DNA of 64,000 bases, from NCBI GenBank assembly GCA_965601925.1, contig OZ271854.1, positions 1,248,001 through 1,312,000 on the forward strand. The letters are read 5' to 3'. The notes below the pieces were generated by a model. It saw nothing but the letters and a program-made list of their open reading frames with translations, was not told the origin of the DNA and made no database searches. Both the position numbers and the translations under genes were made by a program. This stretch comes from Alkalispirochaeta sp. (lineage in GTDB: Bacteria; Spirochaetota; Spirochaetia; DSM-27196; Alkalispirochaetaceae). Positions 50,426 through 60,851 of this stretch are shown one piece after another (the first letter of the stretch is position 1; the number at the start of each line of letters is the position of its first letter).

Positions 50426-51499
50426 ATGACACACATATTGAGTCGGGCGCTTCTGGTGCTCTTGGTGCTGAGTTTTGTCGCGACCTTCGGTTTTCTGGTC
50501 GCGCGGTCGCGGGAAACGCCGACCTCCTACGCGTACGAGACGCCGGTTGTCATGGACATCGTGCAAAAAACGATAACGTCGGGCTCGGTCGTTCCTAAGG
50601 AGGAGATCGAGGTAAAGTCGCGCCTCTCCGGTGTCGTGGGGGCGATCTTCGTAGAACCCGGGGACGTGGTGGCCGCCGGTGATCCGCTCGTTTCGGTCAG
50701 GGTGATTCCCGCAAGCATAGAGCTCAACCGTGCCGAGGCGGAGCTGGAGCGGGCGCTGATCCTTTTAGAGGATGCCTCCGAGGAGCTGGAGCGTCGGAGC
50801 CCGTTGCGCGAACGTAACGGAATATCCGAGATGGAGTACAACGAGCTGATCACCGCGTACCGATTGGCGCTGGCCGACTACGAGGCCGCGGAAAACAACC
50901 TCACACTCCTACGGGACGGCGTCTCGGGGAGCGGACGAGAGGCGAATGTCGTCGCGGCGCCCGCGGGAGGGACGGTGTTGGAGCTGCCGATTCGTATCGG
51001 TAGCCCGGTGGTGGAGAGCAACAGCTTCAACGAGGGAACGACCGTCGCACTCCTCGCCGATATGAGTCGGCTTGTTTTCGAGGGGTATCTGGAGGAGTCG
51101 GAGATCGGCCGAGTAGAAGAAGGCATGGATATGGAAATCCATATCGCGGCGATCGAAGGCGAGACGTTCCACGCCCGCCTCGACCGTATCGCACCGAAGG
51201 GCGAGGACGTTCGCGGTTCGATCCAATTCAGAATAGAGGGTGCCCTGGACATACCGCCGGACCGCATCGTTCGTGCGGGGTACAGCGCCAACGCCGATAT
51301 CGTCCTGGCGCGCGCCGACGGCGTTCCCGCCGTCCCGGAGAGAGACGTCCTCTTTGAGGGAACGCAGACCTTTGTTGAAGTGGAGGCCGAACCGCAGCGC
51401 TTCGAACGTCGCGAGGTCACCCTGGGGATTTCCGACGGCATCATGGTGGAAATCGCCGCAGGGCTCGCCGCCGATGAGTCGGTGAAGGTCCAACAGTAG
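50426..51499 (+). CDS. Periplasmic adaptor (MacA/HlyD-like)
   Basis: N-terminal anchor, lipoyl-like VEPGDVVAAGDPL, helical hairpin, RAGYSANADI, VTLGISDG. Confidence 0.9.
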   Translation: MTHILSRALLVLLVLSFVATFGFLVARSRETPTSYAYETPVVMDIVQKTITSGSVVPKEEIEVKSRLSGVVGAIFVEPGDVVAAGDPLVSVRVIPASIELNRAEAELERALILLEDASEELERRSPLRERNGISEMEYNELITAYRLALADYEAAENNLTLLRDGVSGSGREANVVAAPAGGTVLELPIRIGSPVVESNSFNEGTTVALLADMSRLVFEGYLEESEIGRVEEGMDMEIHIAAIEGETFHARLDRIAPKGEDVRGSIQFRIEGALDIPPDRIVRAGYSANADIVLARADGVPAVPERDVLFEGTQTFVEVEAEPQRFERREVTLGISDGIMVEIAAGLAADESVKVQQ

Positions 51500-51696
51500 C
51501 GCCGTTGCGACCGTTCCGCTCTCGGACATCGCGACCCGTTGTGCGCCGAGACGGATTCCCCTATCATTGAGTCATTACTTCTCGAGTGCAGCGCTCTCCT
51601 TTTTTTGGGGTGGTACGGGGCGTTCCGTGAAGTCGCCCCGTCTCGATACGGTCGACCGTCTATCGGAACCGACGGCACGTAGATCGGGAGGGTTAT

Positions 51697-52371
51697 ATGG
51701 GCTATTACATGGATCTCACAACCATGAGTCTGGACCGGTACAAGGAGCGCCTGGAGACGGGGGATCTGCTCCCCAGCAGAATGATGCTGAGGGACGGCAT
51801 CGACGAGCACTTCGACGCAATCAAGAAGCAGAAGATCGGGAATGTAGACGAACTTTATCACGCCCTGAAGACCAAGAAGAAGTTCAAGGAGTTTCTTCGT
51901 GCAAGTGCCGTTCCCGAAGCGTACCTCGCCATGGTTCTTCGTGATATTAAGGGCTTCCTGCAAAAGCCGAACAAGATAGCGGACTTTCCGACCGTCGACC
52001 CGGAAACGACGCGGGCCCTCGAAGGGGTCGGAATCAAAAACACCCTACAGCTCTACGAGAGGGTCATCACCGATACGGACCGGCGGGCCCTCGCCCGCGA
52101 GACCGGCATTGAAGAGACGGAAATTCTACGCCTCGCGCACTTGGCGGATCTCAGTCGCATAAAATGGGTCAACCATACCTTCGCCTACGTCCTTCTGGAG
52201 GCCGGATACGACTCGGCTCGGAGCGTGGCCCAGGCCGACTATCACAAGCTCTATGAAGAGGTCAGACGGCTCAACCGGGAGCGCGAGATCTACAAGGGGA
52301 ACATCGGAGCGCACGATATGAAGCTGTGCGTCGAGGCGGCCCGAGATCTCGACGATGAGATAGCGTGGTAG
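51697..52371 (+). CDS. DUF4332-like helix-hairpin-helix protein
   Basis: LEGVGIKNT...RRALARETGI...LADLSRIKWV...LLEAGYDS; GGAGG RBS. Confidence 0.7.
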   Translation: MGYYMDLTTMSLDRYKERLETGDLLPSRMMLRDGIDEHFDAIKKQKIGNVDELYHALKTKKKFKEFLRASAVPEAYLAMVLRDIKGFLQKPNKIADFPTVDPETTRALEGVGIKNTLQLYERVITDTDRRALARETGIEETEILRLAHLADLSRIKWVNHTFAYVLLEAGYDSARSVAQADYHKLYEEVRRLNREREIYKGNIGAHDMKLCVEAARDLDDEIAW

Positions 52372-52538
52372 ATCTCCAGTGCACGACGCTGCGGACCCAT
52401 CGATAATGGGACGGCTGCACCGGAACGCCGCTCGGACACCGACAAGCGGGAGTCTCACCGAATCGCGAAAAACGCGCACAAACGGTCAAACATGTCCTCG
52501 TCCCATGCGCCACACTCCGACATAGAGAAGGAGTGTAT

Positions 52539-52892
52539 ATGAGCGACTACCGAGAAGTCTGGGAGACCTACGTTGCATCGTGGAAGGCGCCGTCCGTTGA
52601 ACAAAAGCACGCTTTGTACGAAAGAGCTCTGAGCCCGCAATGCGTGTATACCGATTCCTTGACCCAGAGGCGCGGATGGGACGAACTTCTGGCGTACATG
52701 CGTGAGTTCCACGAGCAAGTACCGGCGGGATACTTCGTCACCGTTGATTTCATGGCGCACCACGACCGGAGCCTCGCACGCTGGGAGATGCACGGCGGGG
52801 ACGGCACGGTCCTGGGCGACGGCACGAGCTACGGCGAGTACGACTCGCAGGGCAAACTCATCTCCATGAACGGCTTTTTCAAGACACCGTAG
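52539..52892 (+). CDS. SnoaL/NTF2-like protein
   Basis: YVASW, VYTD, GWDELLAYM, HHDRSLARW, MNGFF. Confidence 0.78.
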   Translation: MSDYREVWETYVASWKAPSVEQKHALYERALSPQCVYTDSLTQRRGWDELLAYMREFHEQVPAGYFVTVDFMAHHDRSLARWEMHGGDGTVLGDGTSYGEYDSQGKLISMNGFFKTP

Positions 52893-52906
52893 GAACGGAC
52901 CGCGCG

Positions 52907-53785
52907 ATGGACTACATCGGTCAAGTGCAACGAGGCATCGACTACATCGAGGGGCATCTGAACGAGGACATCGAGCTCGCCGCGGTCTCCCGTGTCGCGG
53001 GAGTGAGCCATTGGCACTATCAGCGCATGTTCAAAGCGCTCACCGGCGAAACGCTCAAGACCTATATTCGCGCCCGGCGCTTCGCCGCCGCGCGCGTTGC
53101 ACTGGTAACCACCGACGCCGGCGTACTCGACATCGCATTGAACGCCGGATTCGACTCCCAAGCGAGTTTCACCCGGGCGTTCAAAAAGGCGTTCGGGGTA
53201 CCTCCCGCGCGGTATCGAACCGGTGGGGACAAGCATCTGTTCATGGAAAAGGTGCGGATCGACGGGGAGTATCTCCAACACATCCACCGGAACATCTCGA
53301 CGGCGCCGGAGATACGTCGCGTTCCGGAGCGCCACATGGTGGGGGCGTCCACGCTCTTCTACAGCGTCGACTCGGAACGCAACAACATCGGCAAAAAAAT
53401 CCCGCCGTTGTGGGACGCCTTCCTGCCGCGCCGGGGAGAGATCGAACGGGCTGTCGCAGGATACTGCTACGGTATCGTCCGCCAGGCCGAGGCGGACAGT
53501 GAACTGTTGGAATATACCGCGGCGATGGAGGTACCGATCGCACCGGACCCGCGTCGCGTGCCGGCCGACATGGTCTACGTAACCATCCCTGAGGCGACTT
53601 ACGCAACGTTCACTCACCGCGGCGCATCGTCTCGCATAGACCAAACGGTCAACTACATCTATTCAGCATGGCTTACGCAATCGGGCCGGCGCCATAGTTA
53701 CGGACCGGACTTGGAGATCTATGACTCCCGCTGGCATCCAACGTCGCCCGATTCGGTCATGGAGTACGCGATTCCGCTCGTGTAG
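52907..53785 (+). CDS. AraC regulator with GyrI-like effector domain (Rob-like)
   Basis: IDYIEGHL, GFDSQASFTRAFKK, YATFTHRG, YIYSAWL, DLEIY. Confidence 0.93.
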   Translation: MDYIGQVQRGIDYIEGHLNEDIELAAVSRVAGVSHWHYQRMFKALTGETLKTYIRARRFAAARVALVTTDAGVLDIALNAGFDSQASFTRAFKKAFGVPPARYRTGGDKHLFMEKVRIDGEYLQHIHRNISTAPEIRRVPERHMVGASTLFYSVDSERNNIGKKIPPLWDAFLPRRGEIERAVAGYCYGIVRQAEADSELLEYTAAMEVPIAPDPRRVPADMVYVTIPEATYATFTHRGASSRIDQTVNYIYSAWLTQSGRRHSYGPDLEIYDSRWHPTSPDSVMEYAIPLV

Positions 53786-53806
53786 CGGTCCGTCACGTCG
53801 TCGAGA

Positions 53807-54580
53807 CTATCCCTTTGTCGCCGTTATCACGGCTTCCCGGAGGCTGAAGTACATCGTCGCGTCGTCCCATCGCGGTCGGAAGAGCGTTTCCAACGGAGCG
53901 GGAATGCTTCGCATCATCTCAAGAAGACGCTCCTTCGTCGCGTCGTCGACGTGCTGACGATCGGCCCATTCGTGAAACTCGAACTCTTTGGTCAGTACTC
54001 GGGTCGACCGTACCGTCAGTCCCGCGGCGGCAAACAACGCCGTAAGCTCCACCACATTCAACACGCGATGGTGTGACGGATCACGGAGTGTCTCATACGC
54101 ATTGTAGTATTCTGCCGCAACCGGATCCTCAACGGTGACGTTGTCGGTAAACCCGAGCGTACCTCCCGGTTTCAGAACCCGCGACAGCTCTTCCGCCGCC
54201 GCCCTTTGATTCTCAAAGTGATGAAAGGCGATGCGACACGTAACGATGTCGAACGAATCGTCCGAGAACGGAAGCGCCTCGGCGCGCGCCTGTACGGTCA
54301 CCACGTTTCGAATCGCGCGCTCCTCGGCGAGACGGCGCACCGCTGCAAGCATCTGTTCGGTCACGTCCGAGGCGACGACGGACTCGACGTACCGGGCAAA
54401 GGCGAGGGCGGTGTGGCCCGCACCGGTCGCCACATCGAGCATCCGCCCGCCGCGGGGCTGCACGAGATCGACGAGCAACGAGAGACTCTCTCCCGCGGCG
54501 TGGACATCGCTGGTTGCGTAGAGCTCGGCGGACGGCCCGAACTGCGCCCGTACTCGTTCAATGTGACTGTCGTATTGCAT
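53807..54580 (-). CDS. Class I SAM-dependent methyltransferase
   Basis: [35 protein letters not shown]. Confidence 0.93.
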   Translation of the reverse strand: MQYDSHIERVRAQFGPSAELYATSDVHAAGESLSLLVDLVQPRGGRMLDVATGAGHTALAFARYVESVVASDVTEQMLAAVRRLAEERAIRNVVTVQARAEALPFSDDSFDIVTCRIAFHHFENQRAAAEELSRVLKPGGTLGFTDNVTVEDPVAAEYYNAYETLRDPSHHRVLNVVELTALFAAAGLTVRSTRVLTKEFEFHEWADRQHVDDATKERLLEMMRSIPAPLETLFRPRWDDATMYFSLREAVITATKG

Positions 54581-54753
54581 ACTCGTCTCGCACCGCGTCG
54601 TCTCCGACGCGCGACCGCATCGGCCGGAACGGGGACGACTCCTCGCTATTCAAGGTAGCAAACGCCGACGGTAGACGCCATACGTCGCCGTCGTATATCA
54701 AAAAACGGAGGCGATACCTGTACTACACCCTAGGCGCGTACTACCATTGTAGT

Positions 54754-56325
54754 ATGATCAAGCCACGACGAGGCCTCTCGTCTCGTGCGTTTCGCGAACT
54801 ACTTCTAATGCTGGCGCTATGCGCGCTGTTTTATATACTGACTCGCCCCCACGACCTGGCGGAGACGCTCTTCGCAGCGTTGGCACGAATGGAGGACTAC
54901 GAGGTCGACGAGTTGATTCCGACCGCCCTGTTCGGCCTCGTGTTGTCAATTGTATTTGCCGCGCGGCGGTCGCGGGAGAGCCGGCGCCTCTTACAGGACA
55001 AGTTGGAAACCCACGGCCAGATCGAACAGTTGGCCTATTTCGACGCTCTCACGGGTCTGCCCAACCGCACACTGCTGCTCGACCGGTTGCAACAGGCGAT
55101 AGCCCGTTGTCGTCGCGAAAACGACCAGCTGGCGGTGTTATTCATCGATCTCGACGGCTTTAAAAAGATCAACGACAGTATGGGCCACGTCGGGGGAGAC
55201 AGTTACCTGGTTACCATTTCCGAGCGTCTCGGCGAGCGGCTACGGGCCATGGATACCCTGGCCCGCTTCGGCGGCGACGAGTTTGTCCTTTTGCAAAACG
55301 GTGTCAAGAGCGAAGCGGCGAGTCTACAGTCCGTCGAAAGGGTGCTGTCCATTATCGCGCAGCCGGTAGATCTGGGAGGAAGAGAGGTCAACGGCAGCGC
55401 CAGCATCGGTATCGCCCTCTTTCCTCGCGATGCGCAGGACCGCGATATGCTTCTGAAACACGCCGATATGGCCATGTACCAGGCCAAGCAGGAGGGAAAA
55501 AATCGCTTTCACTTCTACTCCGAAGACCTCAATGTGGCTATGCAACACCAGCTGGAGCTGGAACAACGACTGCACGAGGCGTTGGCACGAGAAGAGCTGA
55601 CCATCGCCTATCAACCCCAGTACGATACGAACAGTCTTGCGTTGATCGGCGTTGAGGCGTTGGTGCGTTGGCCCCAGAGCTACGGTCCGCCCATCCCACC
55701 GTCGGTGTTCATACCCGTAGCCGAGGAGTGCGGCTTGGCGGGCCCCCTGGGCGAGTGGGTCCTTCAGCGCGCGTGCCGGGACGCCCTCCCGTGGGGCGAC
55801 ATCAAACTGTCGGTAAACCTCTCCGCCAAGCAACTCAGCGACGCCGAACTGACCGTCAAAATCGGTACTACTCTTACCGAGACGGGATTTCCCGCCGAGC
55901 GGTTGGAACTGGAGATTACCGAAACCAGTCTGGTAAACGATCTGGCCACCGCACAAAAGGTACTGCAGGACCTCTCGACGATCGGTATAACCATCGCCAT
56001 CGACGACTTCGGCACCGGCTACTGCTCGATCAACTATCTCAAGCAGTACCCGATCAGACGTTTGAAGATAGATAGAAGCTTTGTGGGCGGCGTGGCCGAC
56101 AATAAGCAGGATCGGAAATTGCTCGAGGCGATCATCCAAATGTCGCGCGCCTTCGGAATCCAGACGGTAGCCGAGGGGGTCGAGACCGACCAACAGCTAT
56201 CGTTCCTCCGCGACCACGGATGCCAGTCGATCCAAGGATTCCTCTTGAGTCGACCGGTTCCGCCGGAAGAGATTGTGACGCTCTTAAATGAGGCGGGGCG
56301 CCACAGGCTCGCTGAGGGTGAGTAG
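54754..56325 (+). CDS. Membrane-anchored diguanylate cyclase/phosphodiesterase (GGDEF-EAL)
   Basis: Two TM helices, [43 protein letters not shown]. Confidence 0.94.
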   Translation: MIKPRRGLSSRAFRELLLMLALCALFYILTRPHDLAETLFAALARMEDYEVDELIPTALFGLVLSIVFAARRSRESRRLLQDKLETHGQIEQLAYFDALTGLPNRTLLLDRLQQAIARCRRENDQLAVLFIDLDGFKKINDSMGHVGGDSYLVTISERLGERLRAMDTLARFGGDEFVLLQNGVKSEAASLQSVERVLSIIAQPVDLGGREVNGSASIGIALFPRDAQDRDMLLKHADMAMYQAKQEGKNRFHFYSEDLNVAMQHQLELEQRLHEALAREELTIAYQPQYDTNSLALIGVEALVRWPQSYGPPIPPSVFIPVAEECGLAGPLGEWVLQRACRDALPWGDIKLSVNLSAKQLSDAELTVKIGTTLTETGFPAERLELEITETSLVNDLATAQKVLQDLSTIGITIAIDDFGTGYCSINYLKQYPIRRLKIDRSFVGGVADNKQDRKLLEAIIQMSRAFGIQTVAEGVETDQQLSFLRDHGCQSIQGFLLSRPVPPEEIVTLLNEAGRHRLAEGE

Positions 56326-56369
56326 CTGCGACGCCTCATACCGACGGCGTCCGGCGTTGCCGGTACTCG

Positions 56370-56960
56370 TTAGATAGCATGACGCGACACGCCGTCTTCC
56401 CCGGGGGAAGCACCGGGACGGCGCGGGTCCTCGAGTGAGCGCAGCGTCGCATCGCACCACTCGATATGCGCCTCGGCGCTCACCCTACCGTATTCGAGCG
56501 TCGCAACCCAGTAGCGATAACCCGGTTCCGACGAGGCGCGATGGGTAAGTTCGTCCGTGATGCTCCGATACTCGGCAAGCCGCGTTTCGAGGCGAGTCCG
56601 TAGCTCTCGAATCTGAACCAGAAGGTTCGACACGCTCTGCTCATCGCAAAAGAAGAGTTTTAAGAGAAGCTCATTCCTGTCGTGGCGAAGCTCGGAGGTC
56701 GAATCGTTCAACCAAGAGCGCAACTCTACACGTCCCTTGTCCGTGATAGAATACATGCGTCTTCTGCGACCTCCTGAAGGATCTTCGCGAGACGCGACGG
56801 AGCCTTCAGCTTCCAACGCGTTGAGAATGGGATAAATCTGACCGAAGCTCTCGCTCCAAAAATGTCGGACGCTCGCCTCCAAAAACTTGCGGATGCCGTA
56901 TCCCGATGCGTCTTCAATGCTCAACACGCCCAAAACGGCGTGACGGGTCTTCCGTGCCAT
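56370..56960 (-). CDS. PadR family regulator
   Basis: SGYGIRK...FWSESFGQIYPILNAL...YSITDKGR...ELLLKLFF. Confidence 0.92.
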   Translation of the reverse strand: MARKTRHAVLGVLSIEDASGYGIRKFLEASVRHFWSESFGQIYPILNALEAEGSVASREDPSGGRRRRMYSITDKGRVELRSWLNDSTSELRHDRNELLLKLFFCDEQSVSNLLVQIRELRTRLETRLAEYRSITDELTHRASSEPGYRYWVATLEYGRVSAEAHIEWCDATLRSLEDPRRPGASPGEDGVSRHAI

Positions 56961-57011
56961 ATCGCCATTATATCTGATAGTAACATGGAGACAAATACGG
57001 GTATGTTTGAT

Positions 57012-57035
57012 TTATAGATCTATAAGATATATCTT
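57012..57035. promoter_or_regulatory. Two abutting perfect palindromes in the PadR divergent region
   Basis: TTATAGATCTATAA (57012-57025) and AAGATATATCTT (57024-57035). Confidence 0.55.
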
Positions 57036-57159
57036 GAAGCTATAATTATTCGTCTTGCGGTTTGGGCGGTCCACGAACCGTCGGTGCGGCCCGCTTCCGT
57101 GTCGGGTAGACGGCGTCGAACGATCCACCGAAAGCGCGAATAGGAAGAGAGGCACACGC

Positions 57160-58806
57160 ATGAAATCTCGACGTTATGTGACCGCGCTCTATCTCGTTCT
57201 CGGCGCGATTCTCATATACTTTTCAAGCACACGCTGGGCCATACCGATCGCCGCATGGCTGAGCTCGGTGTTCGTCCTGCGCTTTTTTCGCACGAATCAA
57301 CCATTCAAAGCTTTCGTGTCGGCGTGGCTTGTCTCCACACCGGCGGTAGTCCTGGGATATTGGGGAGTCTACCCGGCACCGGTTACGGATTACGTCGTCA
57401 CGATGACGCTCGGCACCTTGATCGGTATGGTCCCCTTCCTCGCCGACCGCCTTATTACGCCGAAACTCTCGGGCATCGCGTCGACCCTGGTACTGCCGGC
57501 TTTCGCGACGAGCCTGGAGTTCCTGAGCTCGCTCAATGCGAACTTCGGCACCTTCGCGTCGGTCGCCTATACCCAAGTGGGAAACGTACGTCTGATGCAA
57601 GTTACCTCAATAGCCGGAATCTGGCCGATCGTCTTTCTCCTCGCGTGGTTTGCATCGAGTGTAAACTACCTCTGGGAACGGGAGTTCCATCTGCGCAGCG
57701 CCCGCGGTGTCGTCGCCTCATTCGTTTGCGTATTCTGCGCCGTTCTTTTCTTCGGAGGTGTTCGCGTCAGTCTTGCGGAGCGTGCCACGATTCACGAGCC
57801 GCGGGATACGGTCAGAATCGCTTCTATCGCATTGGGAACTATGCCGGCGGTCGAGCGTGCGTATGAAGCGTATTTTGGAGAGTCGATCTCCCTTCCGCCG
57901 ACGGTCGATGACGCCGCGCCCGTCCTGCTTCGATCACGAGAGGCGATGGCGGCCTTTTACGACGCCCCCGACGCCGCCCGATTTATGAGAGTTCGCGATG
58001 TGTATCTCTCAATCAACGATCGTCTGCTGGCTATTACGGAGCGGGAAGCGATCGCCGGCGCAAGAATCGTTGCGTGGTCGGAGGCCAATGCTCGAGTGTT
58101 TAATTCCGAAGAGCGAGATGCACTGATATCCCGAGCATCGGACATTGCCTCTCGTCACGACATTTATCTGGTTATGGGTGTGTTATCGCCCGACAATGCA
58201 GTCGGATCAGCGGCTCGTTCCGCCGACAACACGCTAACCGGTTCTGGACGGAGGAGAAATGAGGTGATCGCCGTCGATCCGTCCGGCGAGGTCGTCTTTA
58301 CCTATCTTAAGACGAAACTGGCTCCCGGCGAGGCGAATGTAGCCGGCGACGGCGAGATCCCCGTTATCGAAACGTCCCACGGCCGCCTCGCATCGACGAT
58401 TTGCTGGGACATGGATTTCCCTTCCCTCATTCGACGAGCAGGGCGGCACGGCGCGGATATCATGATCGCTCCCTCCGGAGACTGGGCGGCAATAACGCCG
58501 TGGCACGCCAACATAGCGGCGGTACGCGGTATAGAAAACGGTTTTACCGTCGTTAGACCCGCACGACACGGAGAGCTCTTGGCCACAGACAGTATCGGAG
58601 GCACGGTCGCGCGGCGAAGCTATTTCTCAACTCACGAGCCGGTACTCGTAGCGGACATACCAATACGAGGGAGAAGGACGATCTATACTCGCGTGGGCGA
58701 TTTTTTCGCTCATCTTTGTCTTGTCGGATCAATAGTCTCTATCGTCGTACACATCTACAACTCTCGCCGTCGGACGAGTAAGCATCCGAAGACTATCCGA
58801 CCGTAA
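57160..58806 (+). CDS. Membrane nitrilase-fold protein, apolipoprotein N-acyltransferase (Lnt)-like
   Basis: Multi-TM N-terminus, VAYTQ, triad contexts AWSE / YLKTKL / ICWD, RGIENG, TIYTRVGD. Confidence 0.82.
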   Translation: MKSRRYVTALYLVLGAILIYFSSTRWAIPIAAWLSSVFVLRFFRTNQPFKAFVSAWLVSTPAVVLGYWGVYPAPVTDYVVTMTLGTLIGMVPFLADRLITPKLSGIASTLVLPAFATSLEFLSSLNANFGTFASVAYTQVGNVRLMQVTSIAGIWPIVFLLAWFASSVNYLWEREFHLRSARGVVASFVCVFCAVLFFGGVRVSLAERATIHEPRDTVRIASIALGTMPAVERAYEAYFGESISLPPTVDDAAPVLLRSREAMAAFYDAPDAARFMRVRDVYLSINDRLLAITEREAIAGARIVAWSEANARVFNSEERDALISRASDIASRHDIYLVMGVLSPDNAVGSAARSADNTLTGSGRRRNEVIAVDPSGEVVFTYLKTKLAPGEANVAGDGEIPVIETSHGRLASTICWDMDFPSLIRRAGRHGADIMIAPSGDWAAITPWHANIAAVRGIENGFTVVRPARHGELLATDSIGGTVARRSYFSTHEPVLVADIPIRGRRTIYTRVGDFFAHLCLVGSIVSIVVHIYNSRRRTSKHPKTIRP

Positions 58807-58912
58807 CGAGTTACTTGTGTGAGAAAATATGAATTTTGCTCATATTCCACTGCGATATACGATGCTGCGGACTATACTCTTCGTGTGCAATGAGCACTGG
58901 AGGAGCATTCCT

Positions 58913-60661
58913 ATGAACTTGTCACGTAACGCACGACTGATACGGATATCGGTCGCGGTGGGGGCGATCGTAGGCGTCGCCGCATGCGATCTTTTCGTGG
59001 TCGACTCCGCCTCGGAAGCCGATTCGGCAATATCGCGCACGCTTCAGGACTTACCGCGGATCGAGGCGCAACTCCCTTCGAGCCTTGCGGGTGACGGGAG
59101 CGCCGCGTCGGCCTCAATCGGGACGGCTGCAGTCGGTGACGTAGACGAGCTGACCGTGTCCGACCTGCCCGATGTGCGGTCGCAAGCGTGGTACGATATG
59201 AGAGATGCTGCGGGTCTCGACTCATTTACCGAAGCGTTCATCGACGAGCTCCGCGAAATCGGATCCACGCGCGACTTGAGCTTCAACACGGTATATACGA
59301 TCGGCGAGCGCGATTTCCTCGACGGGCGGTATGACTTGGGGCGGTTGAAGATCGGTGGATCGGAGAGCGATATGACGGTGTACTGGTTTGCCAGGCCCTT
59401 TCCCGGATTGAGATTCTGGGCCAAAATCGATATCGCCCGTTCGGGCCAAGAGTGGGCCGTAACGGCCTCGATGAACGAGATCTTCGGCGAGCTGAGCTCT
59501 CAGAGCTACGCATCGTTTGATACAGCGACCAATATTTCGCTCCTCCTGTCGGACAACGTGAATCCCGACGAGACGTCGGGTCCGCCCTCCTATCGAGAAC
59601 TAACCATCGCGGCGCCGAATGCCGACGACTCGCTCACCCTGCTGTCGGCGACCTCCGAAGGAGAGGGGTGGGGAGAGATGCGCATCGGCTGGGGCGACGA
59701 TACTATGGGCGGCGTGCTCAGCATCGGCGAGGAGGACGGAGAAGACTACGCGTCTCGGGACTTCTACAACGGGGACGGGAGTCTCCTCATAGAGAGCCGA
59801 GGAACTACCGATCCACCGAGTGATTTCTCATGGGTCGAGGGCGGCGGCCTCAACTTGGCGAGTGCCGGGTTGGGTCTCGGTGCGCCGCCGGAAACGGTAT
59901 ACGTCTTTTCGGTGTGGGATAACGTAGCGGCAACGGGCTCTCGCTATGTGAGCGTGGACAACTCCTTGGCGACCGGCGGCGATAACGCCGAGATGGTCGT
60001 CGAATACGACGTGTACTACAAAGAAGGGGCACAATGGGAGGCCGGCGACGCGGTCTATTATTGGAACAGCAGCTCGGAGTACAACGACGGCGATCCGAAC
60101 ACCTTCGTCTGGCGAGAAGTATATATGATCGGCTACCAGGTACCGCTGGCGCAACAGGTTTTCGGCGGTACGTACTACTTCGAGGATCGCTATCCGATCA
60201 AACATCTACTACCGTTGACCGGCGCCTACGCCGGTAACTCGATAAAACGCGAGGAGGGCGAAACGTTCTCGGGCTCGTGGCAGGACGACGAGGGCCAAGA
60301 GTACACCTGGTCGTGGACCGATTATCGGTACTTCATCGACGTCAATGACGACGATGTGTTCAACGAAGACGGCCAGAATCCCGACGTCCGACTCGAGACC
60401 GTATGGACGAATGAGTTCTGGATTTGGGACACCGAAGCGCTCCGGGAAATCAAGGTGACCGCCCCGGTCGTCACGTCGAGCTCCGGTCGTCTACCCGGTT
60501 ACTTCGGTTTCCGCAGCACCGACCAGGCAATCGTAGATACGGTCACGACACGCATTGATACCATTTTCAACGACGAGTTCGGCGATCTCTCATTCGAGGA
60601 CTATCGCAGCTTCTTGGAAGATCTGGACAGCTTGCCGGCGTTCGACGATGTGGAGTTCTGA
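58913..60661 (+). CDS. Uncharacterised acidic lipoprotein
   Basis: GGAGG RBS, lipobox VAAC, 582 aa rich in D/E/W/Y/G; no family recognised. Confidence 0.8.
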   Translation: MNLSRNARLIRISVAVGAIVGVAACDLFVVDSASEADSAISRTLQDLPRIEAQLPSSLAGDGSAASASIGTAAVGDVDELTVSDLPDVRSQAWYDMRDAAGLDSFTEAFIDELREIGSTRDLSFNTVYTIGERDFLDGRYDLGRLKIGGSESDMTVYWFARPFPGLRFWAKIDIARSGQEWAVTASMNEIFGELSSQSYASFDTATNISLLLSDNVNPDETSGPPSYRELTIAAPNADDSLTLLSATSEGEGWGEMRIGWGDDTMGGVLSIGEEDGEDYASRDFYNGDGSLLIESRGTTDPPSDFSWVEGGGLNLASAGLGLGAPPETVYVFSVWDNVAATGSRYVSVDNSLATGGDNAEMVVEYDVYYKEGAQWEAGDAVYYWNSSSEYNDGDPNTFVWREVYMIGYQVPLAQQVFGGTYYFEDRYPIKHLLPLTGAYAGNSIKREEGETFSGSWQDDEGQEYTWSWTDYRYFIDVNDDDVFNEDGQNPDVRLETVWTNEFWIWDTEALREIKVTAPVVTSSSGRLPGYFGFRSTDQAIVDTVTTRIDTIFNDEFGDLSFEDYRSFLEDLDSLPAFDDVEF

Positions 60662-60672
60662 GCTATCGATGA

Positions 60673-60700
60673 ACAAAGGGCCGTCGATACGGCTCTTTGT
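60673..60700 (+). terminator. Probable intrinsic terminator
   Basis: ACAAAGGGCCGT-CGAT-ACGGCTCTTTGT 12 nt after the stop. Confidence 0.6.
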
Positions 60701-60851
60701 GTGCTCACACACAACGACATGAGTGTTTCCGTCCCGGGCCCGGCCCTCACTCACGAAGCCCATTCACGGCCCGCGCCCGGGGCTCCACATGAGCCCCCAG
60801 CACAAGTGTGAAAATCATCTCACGGTCGGAGGCCCCCCCGTTGCGCTTGAA

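Noticed and set aside
60779..60797. Hairpin GGGGCTC-CACAT-GAGCCCC as REP or IS end
   Set aside because: Single copy in the window, no transposase; at most a weak terminator
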